Counted from the first letter of the stretch, positions 25,826-40,335 are shown. The stretch is 64,000 bases of DNA from Curvularia clavata (GCA_023920165.1 CP089280.1:2542001-2606000), one strand, 5' to 3'. Numbers and translations are program-made. The notes: generated by a model not told the origin, from the letters alone.

Positions 25826-27393
25826 TCAGTATTGTCATCACAAACTGCTCGGGTACTATCAATCCGTTAGAGCCTGGACGAACTCACTGTGCAATGGGAC
25901 CGGAGAACTGCATATTCACCGAACTCTCGTGTCGCAGGAAACAGCGGATAAGAGCATCAGGCATCCTATCCACCGACAACTCATTCACGTTACTAATTAC
26001 GTTGGGGTTCTTGAGTACGTTAGCACAAGGACAATAAGGACTTAACGGACTTCAGGCATCATGACACGGGTGACATGATCCCAATATCAACAACTAGGAA
26101 GGCCTCTGCAGCGATTAGATTCTTCCAGTTCTCCTACGACGCAAGAGCTCTTGCATGGCAGAAAGAATTGGAAATTCAGCATCATGCATTCTGACATCTC
26201 CTCATGTCCTGCATTATCTACTCTGAAGTCTTTCTGTATAAGATTTACAATGTTAATACGAACTTTAAGGACCCCGACTATGTTCACAAAAGGGACAGGA
26301 TGACAACTCTGAGCACCTGAACGACCTTCAGGGTTCTTTACTTCTGCCATTTCCTACGACACGAACTTCTAACGCCTAAATCACATGAATTTTCGAATAG
26401 AAAATGTGAACGTCACGTTGAACTCGATGCAAAAGGAGTAATAGGAACTCTTGTATCCACTTGAATCTTCCTCTTCCCCTACACTGTGGAATCGTTCCGT
26501 TGCACAGTCCAAGGCCAAAATCATCTGAAAGTCCTACAGACATGACTTTAAGTTTTTGAGCGGATCCATCAAGCACTGTGCCGTCCTTCAGTATTGTCAA
26601 GACGTCTTGTGTTGTTGAGCCTCATCGTAACTGGTTCATCGTCAAAGTCATCCGCGACAGAGTCGAGAGACTCAGAAAATTGGATGAAGTTCAGACCTCA
26701 GAAGACTATGACAATTACGAAACAAGGGACTAACAGGGATTGAAGTGGGCGACTGAAGCTGAACAGGTCAGAAAGTGTGCCTTGGGCTTCCGGCGCCTAG
26801 AACTGTTACTATGAACGACAGAGTTAGCTTGATGATGGGGCTTGCTTGCAATGGGTCATTGAAGATTGGTCAACTGGTCCGCACGCACTATCGGTGGATG
26901 ATGTGGTGGGCGACTTGGCCATATCTGGACTTCGTGTGCACCAAGACCTCGGTTCAACCCTGTTGCTCCGGAAAGAAGCCGCATGGTCCTTTCCCAACTG
27001 CCGTTGCAGATTGGCGACACTAGCAACCTGCGAGACCAAATCCCCGCATTCCAAGCCCCAGGTTCTGGAGCCTAGCGTGATACGGAATGTGGAGTTTTAG
27101 TGCAAGTTGCTGGCATGAATTAGAGAAGACTTATACGCCATCGGATCAGGTGGGCACAATGCTGAGCCATCGGTATGGCCGCCGAGTTACAGGACAAGAA
27201 CATAAACAACTTGGTATCTGGGCATTAAGTTCTGAGCTGCATAAAAGAAGCATGTCGTCCACGATTTGAAGGACATCGGGTGTGACCGAATTGGCTCTTC
27301 CAATACAGGACGAGCGGGTTCATTTTCTTTCCTCACGATTTTTCTTTCTCAATACCATTTTGTCAATTTCCCAGGCCCCCAGGCAATATCGAG

Positions 27394-29252
27394 ATGTCTT
27401 TCACAGACAAAACTCCTGCAGTGGAGAAGTTTGAGACTCTCTCGCAAGATGAAGCTCAATCAAAGAATGTAGCTCGCCACCAAACGATGGGAACGGTGAC
27501 GATCACGGACTCAAACGAGGTTTTTCTTGTCCCGTCACCCAGTGCTGATCCGAGAGGTACATGCAGCAAATGGTATCCAGCTGGCATGATGCTAACTGCA
27601 GTTAGATCCCTTGAACATGTCGCGGGCTGCTAAGTTCACTTTCATTATGTTGTTGTCAACCTGTAAGTAACCACTTCATTGACTTCAGCATACATCATGC
27701 TAACTATCCTTAAGTCTCCAGCGTCGCTCTTTGCATGGTTTCCGGATTTGGTGGCCTACTTGGATTCTATATTCCAGAGTATGCGGCTCACGGTGCTACC
27801 TACGCAGACATCACCGCGTTGATGACATATCCCTCCATGTTTATGGGCATTGGTTGTCTCTTCGGCATGCCTCTCGCCCTGGCGATTGGCAGACGACCTG
27901 TGTATCTTGGATCAATGATAGTCCTTCTGGTGGGATCTCTTCTTGCAGCTTACGCAAAGGACTACAATTGGCACCTAGGAGCTAGGATGGTTCTTGGCCT
28001 CGCCGCTGGGCAGAGTGAAGCATTGGTACCTATGATGATTCAGGAGATTCACTTCATCCACGAGCGAAGTACGTTTCTGATGTGGCAAGTCGCCACTCAG
28101 ACGCTGCTCTCTGCTGGATTGACTATTGGCGCATCTCCACTAGCCGGTGCAATCGGACCAAAGAACTGGTATATCCTTGGCGGTGCTCTTGGTATTGCCG
28201 TTCTCATTGCCTCTATCTTCTTTGTTCCAGAGAGTCGTTATTCTCGTTCTCTGGCAGCGTACGGTCAGTACAATGTCTCTGAAGGTGGCGAGTCAGAGCA
28301 AGAGAGCAGAGCAACTGCGGCTCCTCCAATCAGACTTTCAGAGAGGCCTGCATTAGACTTCACGCGATATGAGGCAAGGACATGGGCATCGGACATGCGT
28401 CTCTTCGTAGGAGGCTTCGACTGGGCAGAGGGCTGGTATGGCTTTGTTGTGAGTACTTAAGATGATCTTTTAGTATGCCAGCATGTACTAACTCGTGCGT
28501 AGAACACCTTCCAAGTTTTGTTGTTTCCCAACGTATTTTGGGCATTCTGTCTCAATGGCTTTACAATGTAGGCTCTTCTGGCTTGTCAGTTTTTCCCAAA
28601 TGCTCACGTATCTTCTAGCGGCGTCAACATTGCAATAGGAACCACTTATGGCAACATCGTGACCAAGGCTCCGTACAACTGGGCTCAGTCAGCTGCATCT
28701 TATCTGACTGGGGGTCAAGTTGTCATCGCCTTTGTCGCATTGCCTTTGTTGGGCAATGGATCCGATCGCATCATCAAGTGGGCAGCAAAGCGAAACGGAG
28801 GCGTTCACGAGCCTGAGAACAGAATTCTGCCACTGTTCTTTCCTCTTCTCGTTGGAATCATCTCTGCAGTCATCTACGGCCAAGCTGGACAGTTCCCAGA
28901 AAAGTACCACTGGTTCGCTATCGTGTTCAGCTATGCGGGATACTATTTCTGCTTCATCGGCGCCAACATCGTCGGCATCACTTACTTGCTCGATTCCTAT
29001 CCAGCTCGTTCAGGACCCATTCTTATTGTCATCACTGCTTTCCGCGGCTTTGTTTCTTTTGGCACTAGCTATGGCGTTGCAAAGTTCATCGAGACCGATG
29101 GTTATAATGGCTCTTTTGGGGCATACGCTGGAATTACCGCCGCACTGGGCCTGCTCGGCATACCCATGTTCTTCTTCGGCAAGCGCATTCGCAACTTCAC
29201 AGGGCGATACGCTATGAAATCGAAGACGGGCATCCCTTCGATGTCTCACTGA
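27394..29252 (+). CDS. MFS transporter (DHA1/HOL1-like); multi-exon
   Basis: LVPSPSADPR|DPLN, IGRRPVYL, ARMVLGLAAGQSEAL, EIHFIHERS, FFVPESRY, EPENRI, YLLDSYP and FGKRIR. Confidence 0.92.
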
Positions 29253-31791
29253 GAAATAGGCAAGGCTTTGGTAAAGAATCTCAACTCGGTGCATATCATG
29301 TAGCAAGATTCCATAGATTCTGATATATGGAACCGATTGCAAAAAGAGTCAGGTGGATGGTCTGGAGTCACTATAGCTATGGCTATGGTGAAAAATCGTA
29401 TTGAAATGTAACACTTTAATTAGTTAACCCTGAAAATACTCACCATAAGTCTCTCCTTCATCTCAAAAGGTCCAAGACCTGCCAGACATGTTTGTCTTCG
29501 TCTTTGGCGAATTCCTATAGGCTCTGAAGTGCCAACTAGTCAGCAGAACACGTTATATACTAAGATATGGTAGTTGGGTTTCCCAATTCAGTCACTCAGA
29601 CCTACGAATATAGACTACATGTACAGTCTTTATGTTCGTGGATGAGCCTTGCGTCCAAGCTTGCGTACGCGATATGTTTGTTTCAGCGATTAGAGCGACT
29701 CATAATTATGTCCTTAAGAGAAGTTCTCAAAAAGCAAGCTGGAGTAAGGATAATACTACGCATGATCGATGCGCATGATCAAGAAAGACGATAATGCTTC
29801 CCAAAGCTGTGATTATGGTGCAAATCGAAATTTTGCAACTACACAGAAAGAAGTTCTTGTGAGAGCATAGCGGTTGGCAGATGCTGATGACTGGTGTCTT
29901 ATTCTCAACATGCTTCTCCTGTGCTTTTTATGCATTCTATGCTGTCGTGACGGCATTATAGCATTGATTTCCACGATCGAAGTCAAGTTTGGATCGGGTT
30001 CACCTACTCGAATGATGTCCGGTGCGCACTTGGCACTCGAGGAAGTCTATCAAACACAAGCTATTATCTATGCAAAGCCACTTAGAATAGAGAAGAGCTC
30101 GACCGGACTTGGCTTAAACATAGAGAAATCGCGCAATCACATGGAAAGCTAAGAATAATGATCAAGAACCGTCTCCGCCCTGCGAACATCACGATAAAGT
30201 ACAGCTTTGATGCTGAATACATCTAAATTCTAAACTGGTACCGGCTGTAAAGTTTTCTTCACGCGACCTGCCTCCAGCTGAGCCTTGTCCGAGGATGCTG
30301 ACAAATGCTGCATTTCCCATTGCTTTGCGTCTTCATACGAACAATTGTAATCCATGAACTTGTCACCACCACCGCCGAACATGTACCCACAGGAGGGCTG
30401 GTATCACCGCACGAGCATTGGGTCTTTCTCATTCATGACTCTATCTCAGCTCCCAAAGAGATGATTGAAATCTGCCGTGATAAGCGTACAAATGGCGCGG
30501 GTCTTGAAAGGTCTTCATATGCCAACTATAACTGATGTCAAGCACTCAATTGGTACTCATAGCTCATAGCGTTTGTGACTGTACAGAATAGCAATCGATC
30601 ACGTTTCGAAAAGGACTCAACTTAATTCGAGAGATGGCCTCTGTAGAGAAACCTGCGCATTAAGAAGTTTCCCTTCTAGAGTCATTGGATGAGGCTCTCC
30701 GTCGCATGTGTGCGTTTGATTGCAATCAAGGTATAGCTGCGACCAGAAATGGCTCAACCCAAGCTGGGTACACTAGAGCACGCTTCGCGGGCCTTGAGAA
30801 TCGACATCGATGGAACGGAGCGCTTCGCACGAGTACTTTCTCCCATTTAGTGATGTACAACTGAAGCACCGCCATATCCTACCCTGATGACAACGATGTC
30901 AGCTTTGGCAGGGAGTTCTGTAGTGCCGTGGTGTGTGTCAATCGAGCCAACTTCTTTCCTCCAATACGAGGGCACGGCGTTAGCTACCGGGAACAGTGTG
31001 GACCTGTTAGAAATGGGAGACATCAGGACGCGTACCTTGTGAGATAAGGAGCGGACAGGCTTTTGGTTGCGTAGAGGGTGTGTATGATCATCTCAGTGCT
31101 CAACCCGTTCAGCTTCCGACATGGGTACGATGCGTAAAGCCGTGTCCCGTGGGCTTCCGCGACCGGGCCGGTCACGTTCAGACTAACAGAAAATCAAATG
31201 GCCAACGCGATGAGACCGGAGATGTTTGGAATCTCAGCTATACCTAATTTCGATTAGCAGAAGATAGTGGCGCTCTGCGATGTAGGCTGTTGCATTTAAC
31301 TTTGTTTTGGTGGACGCTGAACAATAGTCGGTATACACTTTTGTTCCATATTGATCCAATTCGCCCTGCTACTTGCCTGGGCAACCTTTTAGGTTTCTCA
31401 TCGTGCCTTAGTACGTAATTTTATGGACAATTTCAATCCTAAGTATGACTACAATAACCCATAGATGTGCACGCGGAATTATGAGAGTGAAGTGCGCTCA
31501 AGTTCTGCGGAATACTGAAACGAGGAAGGGCTTCCGTGCCTCGCGCTAGAATAACCCCGCGCCAATGGAAGAAACGCCGAAACAAATCGCTTTCATCTCT
31601 ATCTAAAGTGGTCCAAAGACGGGGAATATTATGCGCTACAGCCCGGGCCGGCTCCCTTATCTGTGGGGTTCCCCACGACCGTTCTAGTCCACGGGCCCAT
31701 CTCAAGCTATGGTCGTAAGACGTTTAGCATATGTAGAGCTCCATCTCGTCCTGTAGTGAAGCAAGGGGCCTGGCAAGAGACAGTCCTAATC

Positions 31792-33588
31792 ATGGCATCT
31801 TTTCAAAGCAAAGACATCAAGGCCGACACTGGCATTACCAATATGGTTGCAGACGATGGCGTCGCTGACCTTGCAGTCGGCTCTGTGGAAGACCGTCCTC
31901 GTTCTGCATTTTCCACTTTCTTCCGAAGCGTACTGTTCCAGATGATAATGTTCGGAGCGTAAGTGTTGCCTCGAATCCATCACAGGGCCAAATATCTTAT
32001 TGATGATCGCTCAGACTATCACTTGTCGGACCAGCCATGTCGGATGCCATTTCGAATCTTGGTGGTGGAGGACTATCCACACCATGGATAGCAAATCTTG
32101 CAAACTCGCTGAATTATACGATGAGCTTTTGCAGCACAATTCTCGGGGGTCCGATCATCAATAGGATTGGAATCAAATGGTCTTGCATGATCGCGGCTCT
32201 GGCAATGCCGCTATTTGGATCTGCATACTATGTGAATGCGAGGTACCATGTTGAATCGTATCTCTTGACTGCAAATGTCATCGGAGGTGAGTTATGTTTG
32301 CGTATCGCCTCGATGCGAATTGTGCTGACGGGTAACCAAAGGTATTGCGTCTGGGTTCCTTTACGTTGGCGAGACCACTGCGATGCTGTCGTATCCCAAT
32401 CCGGAAGACCGTGGATTCTACCTCGGTAAGTAGATTGCCGATTCTACGTTGTAAACTTCATGCTAATCGAGGAAGGTATATGGTCTGCGATGCGAAATAC
32501 TGGTAGTGTTATTGGCGGTGCGATCAACTTCTCAACAAACTACGACAGGGCAGGAAGTGGAGGTATCGCGTGGACAACTTACCTGATATTCGTTGGCTTT
32601 GGTAAATCATAAGCCCTCACTAGGCACTCTTAGGCTAACATTATCCAGAATGTACTGGATTTGTATGGGCGTTTCTTCTGTCTCCGACTGCAAAAGTACG
32701 TCGCCGTGATGGTAGCAAGGTTTCCATGTCTCGTCGAGCGTCATGGAAGCATGAGTTCACTGCTTTATGGATATACCTGCAAAGGGATAAGGTCAGAGAT
32801 GGACTGGTATCCTGAAAGCTATCAACTAACGATTGTCAGACCTGGCTCATCTTCTTGCCATCATTTTACTCTTTCTTCTATGGAGGAACCATGGGCACGT
32901 ACTTGTCTCGTCATTTTTCGGTACGAGCTCGCGCTTTGTCCTCTTTGTTAGTCCGTAAGTGAACAATCTCTAAGCAGCTGTCTGTGAATTGACTTGAGCA
33001 GCGGTCATAACCATACCATCCGTCATTACATTTGGTAAGCTACTGGACAATACCCGTTGGTCACAGCGCCGTCGAGCGTGGACAGCGATGATGGCATGGT
33101 TACTACCACAGATCGCTTGTTTCATTTGGGTTACATATGAATATCATGAGCTCGGTGACAAGTCTGCACTGGATCCAAAGTTGTAAGTACTTTCACATGT
33201 TTATCATGACTAGAATACTGACTCCAGCAGGGAATCAAAGAGATGGGCTAAAGCTTACATACCATACCTGGTAATCTTTGTTACAGGTTACTGGACTCAG
33301 CTTACATTGTACTGGATTCTGGGCACATACTCAAAAGATGTTGAAGTTGCTTCGCGTGCAGGAGGCGTCTTCCGCGCTTTCGAAACCTCCGGACAAGCGG
33401 TGTCGTACGGAATAAGCTCGGCAAATCACATCAAACACGCCATTCCGCTTTACGTCAATTGCGGTTTACTGGCGCTTGTAATCCCAAGCATGATTTTGTT
33501 AATTAGAGGGATGCCAAAGGGCTCGCCTAGTATTGTGAGTATCGAGCAGCCGGTCCATGTGGAGAATGAGACTACGAAGAAGGGTTGA
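31792..33588 (+). CDS. UNC-93-like (DUF895) MFS transporter; many introns
   Basis: FFRSVLFQM, GPAMSDAISNLGGGG, GGPIINRIGIKW, SYPNPEDRG, HFSVRARAL, YWILG and GGVFRAFETSGQAVSYG. Confidence 0.88.
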
Positions 33589-36289
33589 GTGTATGGAATT
33601 TAGCGTCGCACAATCAATTTCGTTCAAATTGAAACATGGAATTTGACCGAGCGCAGCCAGCGAGCGTTTTAATCACCTCATGTAGCTTCATTCGCATATG
33701 GACTGAAGAAAATCATTCCTCCTTTAATGGAGTAAACATGTTGTCCCTGGTTCGCAATGGGATCCAATGTTTTCCTCGAACAAGTCTCAATCTATCATAA
33801 TAAAGATACAAGTCGGTATGTCGCCACAAGATTAATGGTATACGTGCCTGCAAAAAGACATGTCGTATGAGAGGCGACTATTCCATACAGCATGGTTTAA
33901 GCGTGATTGAGGATATCGAATAGGAAACCGTAGAGCAACAGAGAACTAGGAGCGATTCACAAATACAACGCTGTAGAGTAACCGAAAACATAAGAGATCT
34001 GTTAATGACAGAGATGTCAACAATCAAGTCAAGTTAGTCACAGTGCGGACTCGCGGGTGGAAGGAACAGCCACGAGCACAGGTTCCATTGCTATAGAATG
34101 GTCGGAAGGACTCTTACTATAGCTAGTGTAGAGTAATGGACAGGACATAGCCCGAAGAGCTATCTAGAGCAGCCGGATTCTGCCCGCAGCCAATCAGCGC
34201 GCTACGCGCTGACTACCTCAGCCAGCGCCATAACAAATCCAGTTTGGTTGATGAGCTTGATAAACTTAAGTTCGTTCAAGTAGGTCATGTTAGCCATATA
34301 GCGACGATTCTTGGTGTTGAATTTCGTCTGCGAGGCCGCGTACGAGGCCGGACCGTCGCAAAAGCCGTAATTATACATAAGTTGTAAGCTAGTCGAGCTT
34401 ATTAGCGCTCTATATTCAACATCTAGAACTTCTTTATTAGTAGTTCCTATATTAATAAAGTCATAACGTATTACATATAGGGGGTTGAACTCTTGGCGAT
34501 CTAGGGGGTGTTGCATTGACTGAACTGTTATACGCACTGACTACCTACACCATTGAGAACACGCTCCATGTGTTGCTGAGCGATGCTTCGGCTTTTCGAC
34601 TAAGCGATCGAATCTAACCTCACGCCATTTTTCTGTGTAGAAAGCGCATCAAAACCAAATGACCACTCGCGATAGCGACAACGTTTGCATAGCATACTAC
34701 CCTCATACCTTTCCTATGGACGACAGCATTCACGGCATCTACACAAAAAGTGTCAGTATGGACCCTATCTCTCCACACAAATAGCGTTAGTGGCTTACGC
34801 GTGAACTCCTTTTTGTTTCTCATCTACCACCAAAAGGCGTTTCTTGGTGGGTCTAGGGGTCTCATGATCCATGTTAGACCGGCTGTCGTCTGTGTGAAAT
34901 CCTCGAATGAATCGGAACACGTTACCGGTCTTTATGACCGGTGTGACCGGTGACCGAGGTCGGGCCGGTTGTTTGTACAGCTACACGTGACGTTTACCTG
35001 TGAGCAGAACCGCTGGACGGCGGCAGTCGTTATCTTCGAAGTTGGACGAACAACGCAAGGTTGGAGTCAAGGAAGCAACCCTGGCTGCTTGACGCCACTC
35101 TAGTCTCACCTTAAGTGCCCAGGGAATCGTACCTCTAGCATTACAATTTTATCTACGTGTCATACATATTGAAATTGCTTACACTGAAACACTATCAAAC
35201 AGAAGGTTATACTCTGTGCGGAGTGGTATTACGATTTACTATTATCTGCTTTGCTATATCCACCAGGCTTCCAGAGACAACATCCATCTTAGCTTTACTA
35301 AAAACGTCGAGACAAGCCTCCTTCACGTAAACCCAAGTCCATACGACACAATAACCAACTTTCATTGCGGTGGACACATCCCACATATGGCCAGCGGCAG
35401 ACTATTTGACATTGTTCACTCTCAGTCGATCCTATACGGTTTTGTAGACCAAAAGAACTTATTTCGCTGAGCTAGCTTCATTGCAACTAATAATACTGTC
35501 CCACGGCAAGTCTACACTGGCATGTTCAAAATAGCCTGCAACTCGCTTTACGTCGCGGTTGTTAAGCATCAACTTTAACGCCGTTGTCGCGCAGCAATTG
35601 GGAAGCTTCCTCGTAACCCGGATAGAATCTTAAAGCCGAGTGTTCATCGATACATTATTCCCATTCTTGCTACATAGCCAGATCCCGAGATTATGCGACA
35701 CCGCAAAGGCTAAATATGCGGTAGAATAAACCACGAAGAGCATCCCTATAAAGCTTGTGTATTGATACGGATGTAAATTCAAGCTCAGTAGCAGTTTTTC
35801 AAGTGAAGCCGAAGTGCTGCGCGATCATAGTATGCTTGCGGAGCTTCTCCCCCTGGACAGATTCGATGCAATCGTAGTATACGTCGAAACCTAGGCATGC
35901 CCCGACGACGTCAAAATGACGTGCTTCTAAGGTTCGGAAATTACAGTAACGTAGCAGTGAACAAGGAATTATATTGAAATTGTAAAACTATCTTAAAAGA
36001 GCTAGCAAAAATATAATCTTGAATATGCTGTTGGTTGTCGTGGTCGGCTAGGTAGGCACCCCGCTACTTATAGTGTCGGTTAATGTACACGCCAGGCAGA
36101 CCCCACAGCTTATCAGGGCCGGGCCGGTCGTCAGGCGTTTTTCCAGATAGGGAATGACTCTTTTGTCATGGCCGGCTTGACATCGGACCGGACGCCTGCT
36201 ACCATAACCGCGCTTCTTGGATAGTTGACATGACCTTTAAACGTTAATGACTCTAGAGTTAAGATCTTGTTTTTGAAACAGCACAAAAG

Positions 36290-38095
36290 ATGGTTCTCCC
36301 AGTCCCTGATCCTACCAAATCCTATTGGATTGAGGCTGCTGAATCATCTCTCCGGAATTTTCGTTCCAGCGAAGTCTTGCCAGAGGAGAATGACATTGCA
36401 ATCATCGGGAGCGGATATGCGGGTGCATCCACCGCCTACTGGATTCACAAGGTGTGTGCGCGGCCCAAGACATATACCAGTCTATACTCATCGGATCTCA
36501 GTGGACCGAGAACACAGGGAAGCAACCCAAAGTTATTGTCCTGGAAGCAAGAGATATATGCGGGAGTGCCACTGGGCGTAATGGTAAGAGTTTATTCAAA
36601 TGGATAGAGCGAGTTTTTAACACCAAGAAGGTGGTCAACTGAGACCACATATATATTCCCGGTATCCGGTGTGGCGGGACCGGTTTGGGGCTGATGGCGC
36701 AATGAAACTAATCACTCATGAGATGGCGCATCTTGAAGCATTCAAAGAGCTTTGCGAGCAAGAAGGAATCACTGAAGAAGTTTGTCTCAAGTTTGGTGAA
36801 ACTTTTGATGCTGCCATGACCGAGGAAGCATGGACACGCCTCAAAGGAGCATTGAAAGCCATGCGAGACGATTACGGTGATGATAATGAGTTTGTGAAAG
36901 CGTGCAGGATGATTGAAGACACTACCGAAGCAGAAAAGTTTACGCAGATGAAGGGGGCACTCGCAGCCATAGTGCACCCCTCTGGCCAAGTGTCCGTCTC
37001 CGTACCTCCTGTTCGTTCAATTTCTAACAAGCCTCAGATGGCCCTATAAATTTGTCCATGCTCTCTTTCGAATCTTACTCAAAGCGGGCAACCTGTCTTT
37101 GCATGCGGATACCCCAGCCATCGAGGTGTCGGAGCGAGATTCGAAAGGCTGGATTCATGTCAAGACAATCAGAGGAAGTATACGTGCCCGGGCTGTCGTT
37201 CACACAACTAATAGATGGGCCTCTCATCTCTTACCAGAATTTGATAAGCTCATCATTCCCGACAGAGGAAGTATGAACGCAATCAAAGCACCACCTGGAT
37301 TCATCAAACACACTGGTGCTCAGCACTGGGATAGCACCGTTAATGTGAAAATCCAAAGTCCCATTCGCTTGCTTTAGCAGCACTGATTTTCAGAACAGAA
37401 CTATCATCTTCAATTGCCAGCACCTTACAACACTATCATGCTTGGAGGCGTTAGACCGATCGTCATTCACACTCCAGAAGAGGTCATGCCAAATGATCAA
37501 GAAGATAAACAATTCGTGGGAGTGTCCGACTTCTGCAAATCATGGCCAGCATCTGATGTCAAAGACTGGCCAGGACCGGCTATGGCAGAGCTCGGCAAGC
37601 CGGTTGACGAGGGTGGCTGTTGGACAGGAAGTATGACCACCATTGAGAACATGTGCTCACTAGTCTATACGTGACTAACCATGTTGCAGTCCAGGGGGAA
37701 AGTGTAGACGGTTTTCCGTTCGTGGGCCCTGTCCCAGGTCACGAACATCAGTTCATCAATGCCGCGTTCACAGGACATGGTGTGTGAGCGATAAACTATT
37801 TAAGGAAGCTCTCAGACTAATTAGCAAAGGAATGCCCCGAGTTTTGCTCGCTTCCGCCCATATCGCACCTCTGGTACTAGATGCCGTTGGATTTGAACAC
37901 ACTCAGCCGAGCCTCGCTGCGCCATATCCAGCCTTACCTGAGCCATTCCATGTAACCGGGGATCGGATCGATAAGTTGCGAGCTGAGAACAAATGGGAGG
38001 AAAATGTGAATTCATTCAACGCGAGATGTGAAGCAAGCGCAACAAAGCCTTGCTGTAATGCGGGTAGAAGATACATCACGAACACTCGGCTATAG
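36290..38095 (+). CDS. FAD-dependent oxidoreductase (DAO / glycine-oxidase-like family); ~6 introns
   Basis: PTKSYW, IAIIGSGYAG (Rossmann), VLEARDICGSATGRNGG, GQ|MPYKFV, DGFPFVGPVPG and FTGHG|MP. Confidence 0.92.
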
Positions 38096-38686
38096 TAGAT
38101 GAAGGGCGATGTATTTTGTTAATATATTGCGACATGCTGTCTAGAATACAATGAGCCCGTTAGATGGCTTCTGCCGAAGCATACCGAAACAGCTCGCCTC
38201 GACTGCTTTGTTCTTGTCGAACGCCGCAATTTTGGTCCTAATTGTCACAAGATCCCATATCTATCATGTCAGCATGACAAATGTAAAGGCACTGCTACAG
38301 CGCAATATAATTGGTTGATTGCCTTTGCATATTAGGAACTAAGATACCGCACCATCAGTGCTTGAAAAACAGTCCGTGGGAGTGGTTGACCCAACACCAT
38401 TATTATCTAGCATTATTGTCTAGCTGTACTATTATCTCCTATATATGATACCACGTGAGTCTAGTCTCCAATATATCCTAATTAAAGAATAACGCACCCT
38501 GATCCAAAAAAGCGCGGATGCAAGGTGAATTTAATATCAATTCTCGTGTAGTATAGTACGGCGCGAATCGTCCTCTTAATTTCTGCGTTCTTCTTCTAGC
38601 TTACAGCAGCTAAATTTAATAGGCTAGATTGGTTGGAATAGTGTAATTACTAATGAGAAACCCTTCCGCGTGTTCTTGATTACAGT

Positions 38687-39670
38687 TTACAGTTGAGAAA
38701 AGTGCCTTATAATGTGTAACTCGAACATAAGAAGGATCCGACATATGACTGCTGAGCTCAAAAGACGAATTGATAGAACCACCGCATCAGATGGGCTGAT
38801 GAACAAGGCACTAGAGAGCACCACAGTACCCATAACAAGATGCAATATCGTAAGAAATGATGCCAGCCAAGAAAATACAATATACAGTTTTGACTCAGCA
38901 ATTTGATCCCACTTAATCTTTGTTTGGTTTTTGCTAAAATCAAACTCGCTTATAATAGCAGCAAATAGTGACCTGCGTGGCATAACACGAAGTTTCAATC
39001 TAACTGCATAAGCGCCTAGAAAATGAGGTATAACTGAGATACCAGCCCAGCTATCATAGAGTAGGTGTTAGATACTATGCATGAGGCAAGGGACTATCAG
39101 AGCTCCCAGTATGAGGAGCGGGAGCAGAACATACAGTGCAGGCAGCCACCAAGTACTTCCAGAGAACACGCAGACGGAATACATACAGAGCTGCCAGATG
39201 ACATGAACTACGTTTCCGATTGCTGCGACTGCAATTGTATATTTTGCAAGATAAATTTGTTGCTGCCATTTCGTGAAAGCCTGTACGGCGTCCGGTTTAA
39301 TCTTTAATATTTCGACCGGGCTTCGGTAATCGAAGGATCGGATCGGTGAGACAACAGGGGCTCCGAGAGATAGAAGCATCGCAAGGATTGGCTGCCGCAA
39401 TGCCAGAAGGCCGACTTCGGTTATGTTGGATCCAACCATGCCAAGGATGGTGGGAAGAATGCCTAGCAACACTGAGGCGGCTGCCATCTGGGCTTTTCCA
39501 CTCTCATCAACATGATCCAGAATGCAGGACACCACGCTGTTGATACGGTGATTTGGCCAAAGATCAGCCTCGCCCAGAAACGCTTGAAATTCTGAGCTGC
39601 AGTTATCGCGCAGTATCTGAGAGAAATACGGAGCAAATTGCGGGAACCATTGCTGGAAGTTTCTAGGCAT
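38687..39670 (-). CDS. Hypothetical multi-pass membrane protein; 1 intron (~39134-39051)
   Basis: ORFs 39068-39670 and 38687-38998 are joined by a GTATGT...CTAAC...TAG intron (PAL|WAGISVIPH); several TM segments. Confidence 0.7.
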
Positions 39671-40335
39671 TGAGCTGAGAGTCTTGTAATTTGATTAGTG
39701 TAGAGAAATATCGTGTAGACAGGCTAGTGAGATGAAGACTTAGTTTCACCTCAAAAAGAAAAGTCTGTTATTAGATATGTATTAGCAAGGTGGATGTACC
39801 TTACGAATAGAATGTAGGCGCTCAGCGAGAAGTCGCAATGGTTTAGAACAAGTAGGTAAGAGCAAATGTCGATTTATGTAATCAGATTAGTGTCTATGAT
39901 TGTTAAAGAATTGTTGTAATGATACCTGGCTTTCAGCGTCTTGTTCAGGCTTACAAAGGATATATATATGCGTCCTTTGTTGAATAGCTCCACTTTTTCT
40001 TATTTTAAGTTTCACTCATTCCACCAATAGAAAGGAAACACGTAAATGTAAGTAAACCGGTGAAGTTATCTTTGGAACAGCATAACGAACTGTCACTTCA
40101 TGCCGGAATCGCTGGTTAAAGATCTCACCGGAAACGGAGGCTTAGCCGGTGCGATATGAGAGAACCTCTCAATTTTAGAGCGTGACGAATAGACCATAGG
40201 GAGTGGCATAGTAAGCAAACTTATACTAGTCATGCTTCTATAGTGACGAAGCATTCAACTTCGCCACCACTAGTTAAAGAGATAGCTGACCTATTCCTGC
40301 CTAACCAATATGGGGCGGCGAAAATGGTCTGATTC

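Noticed and set aside
26050..26700. Coding-like fragments with stops between the CocE relic and the MFS
   Set aside because: Strand and family could not be assigned.
29870..31100. Possible degraded gene or transposase relic (..GYMFGGGGDKFMD.. on the minus strand)
   Set aside because: Resemblance is too weak to name without a search.
34080..34540. AT-rich 111-aa minus-strand ORF that looks like a RIP-affected gene relic
   Set aside because: No family motif or boundaries I can support.
1..40300. Starship or other giant mobile element
   Set aside because: No tyrosine-recombinase captain or element boundary is visible in this window.
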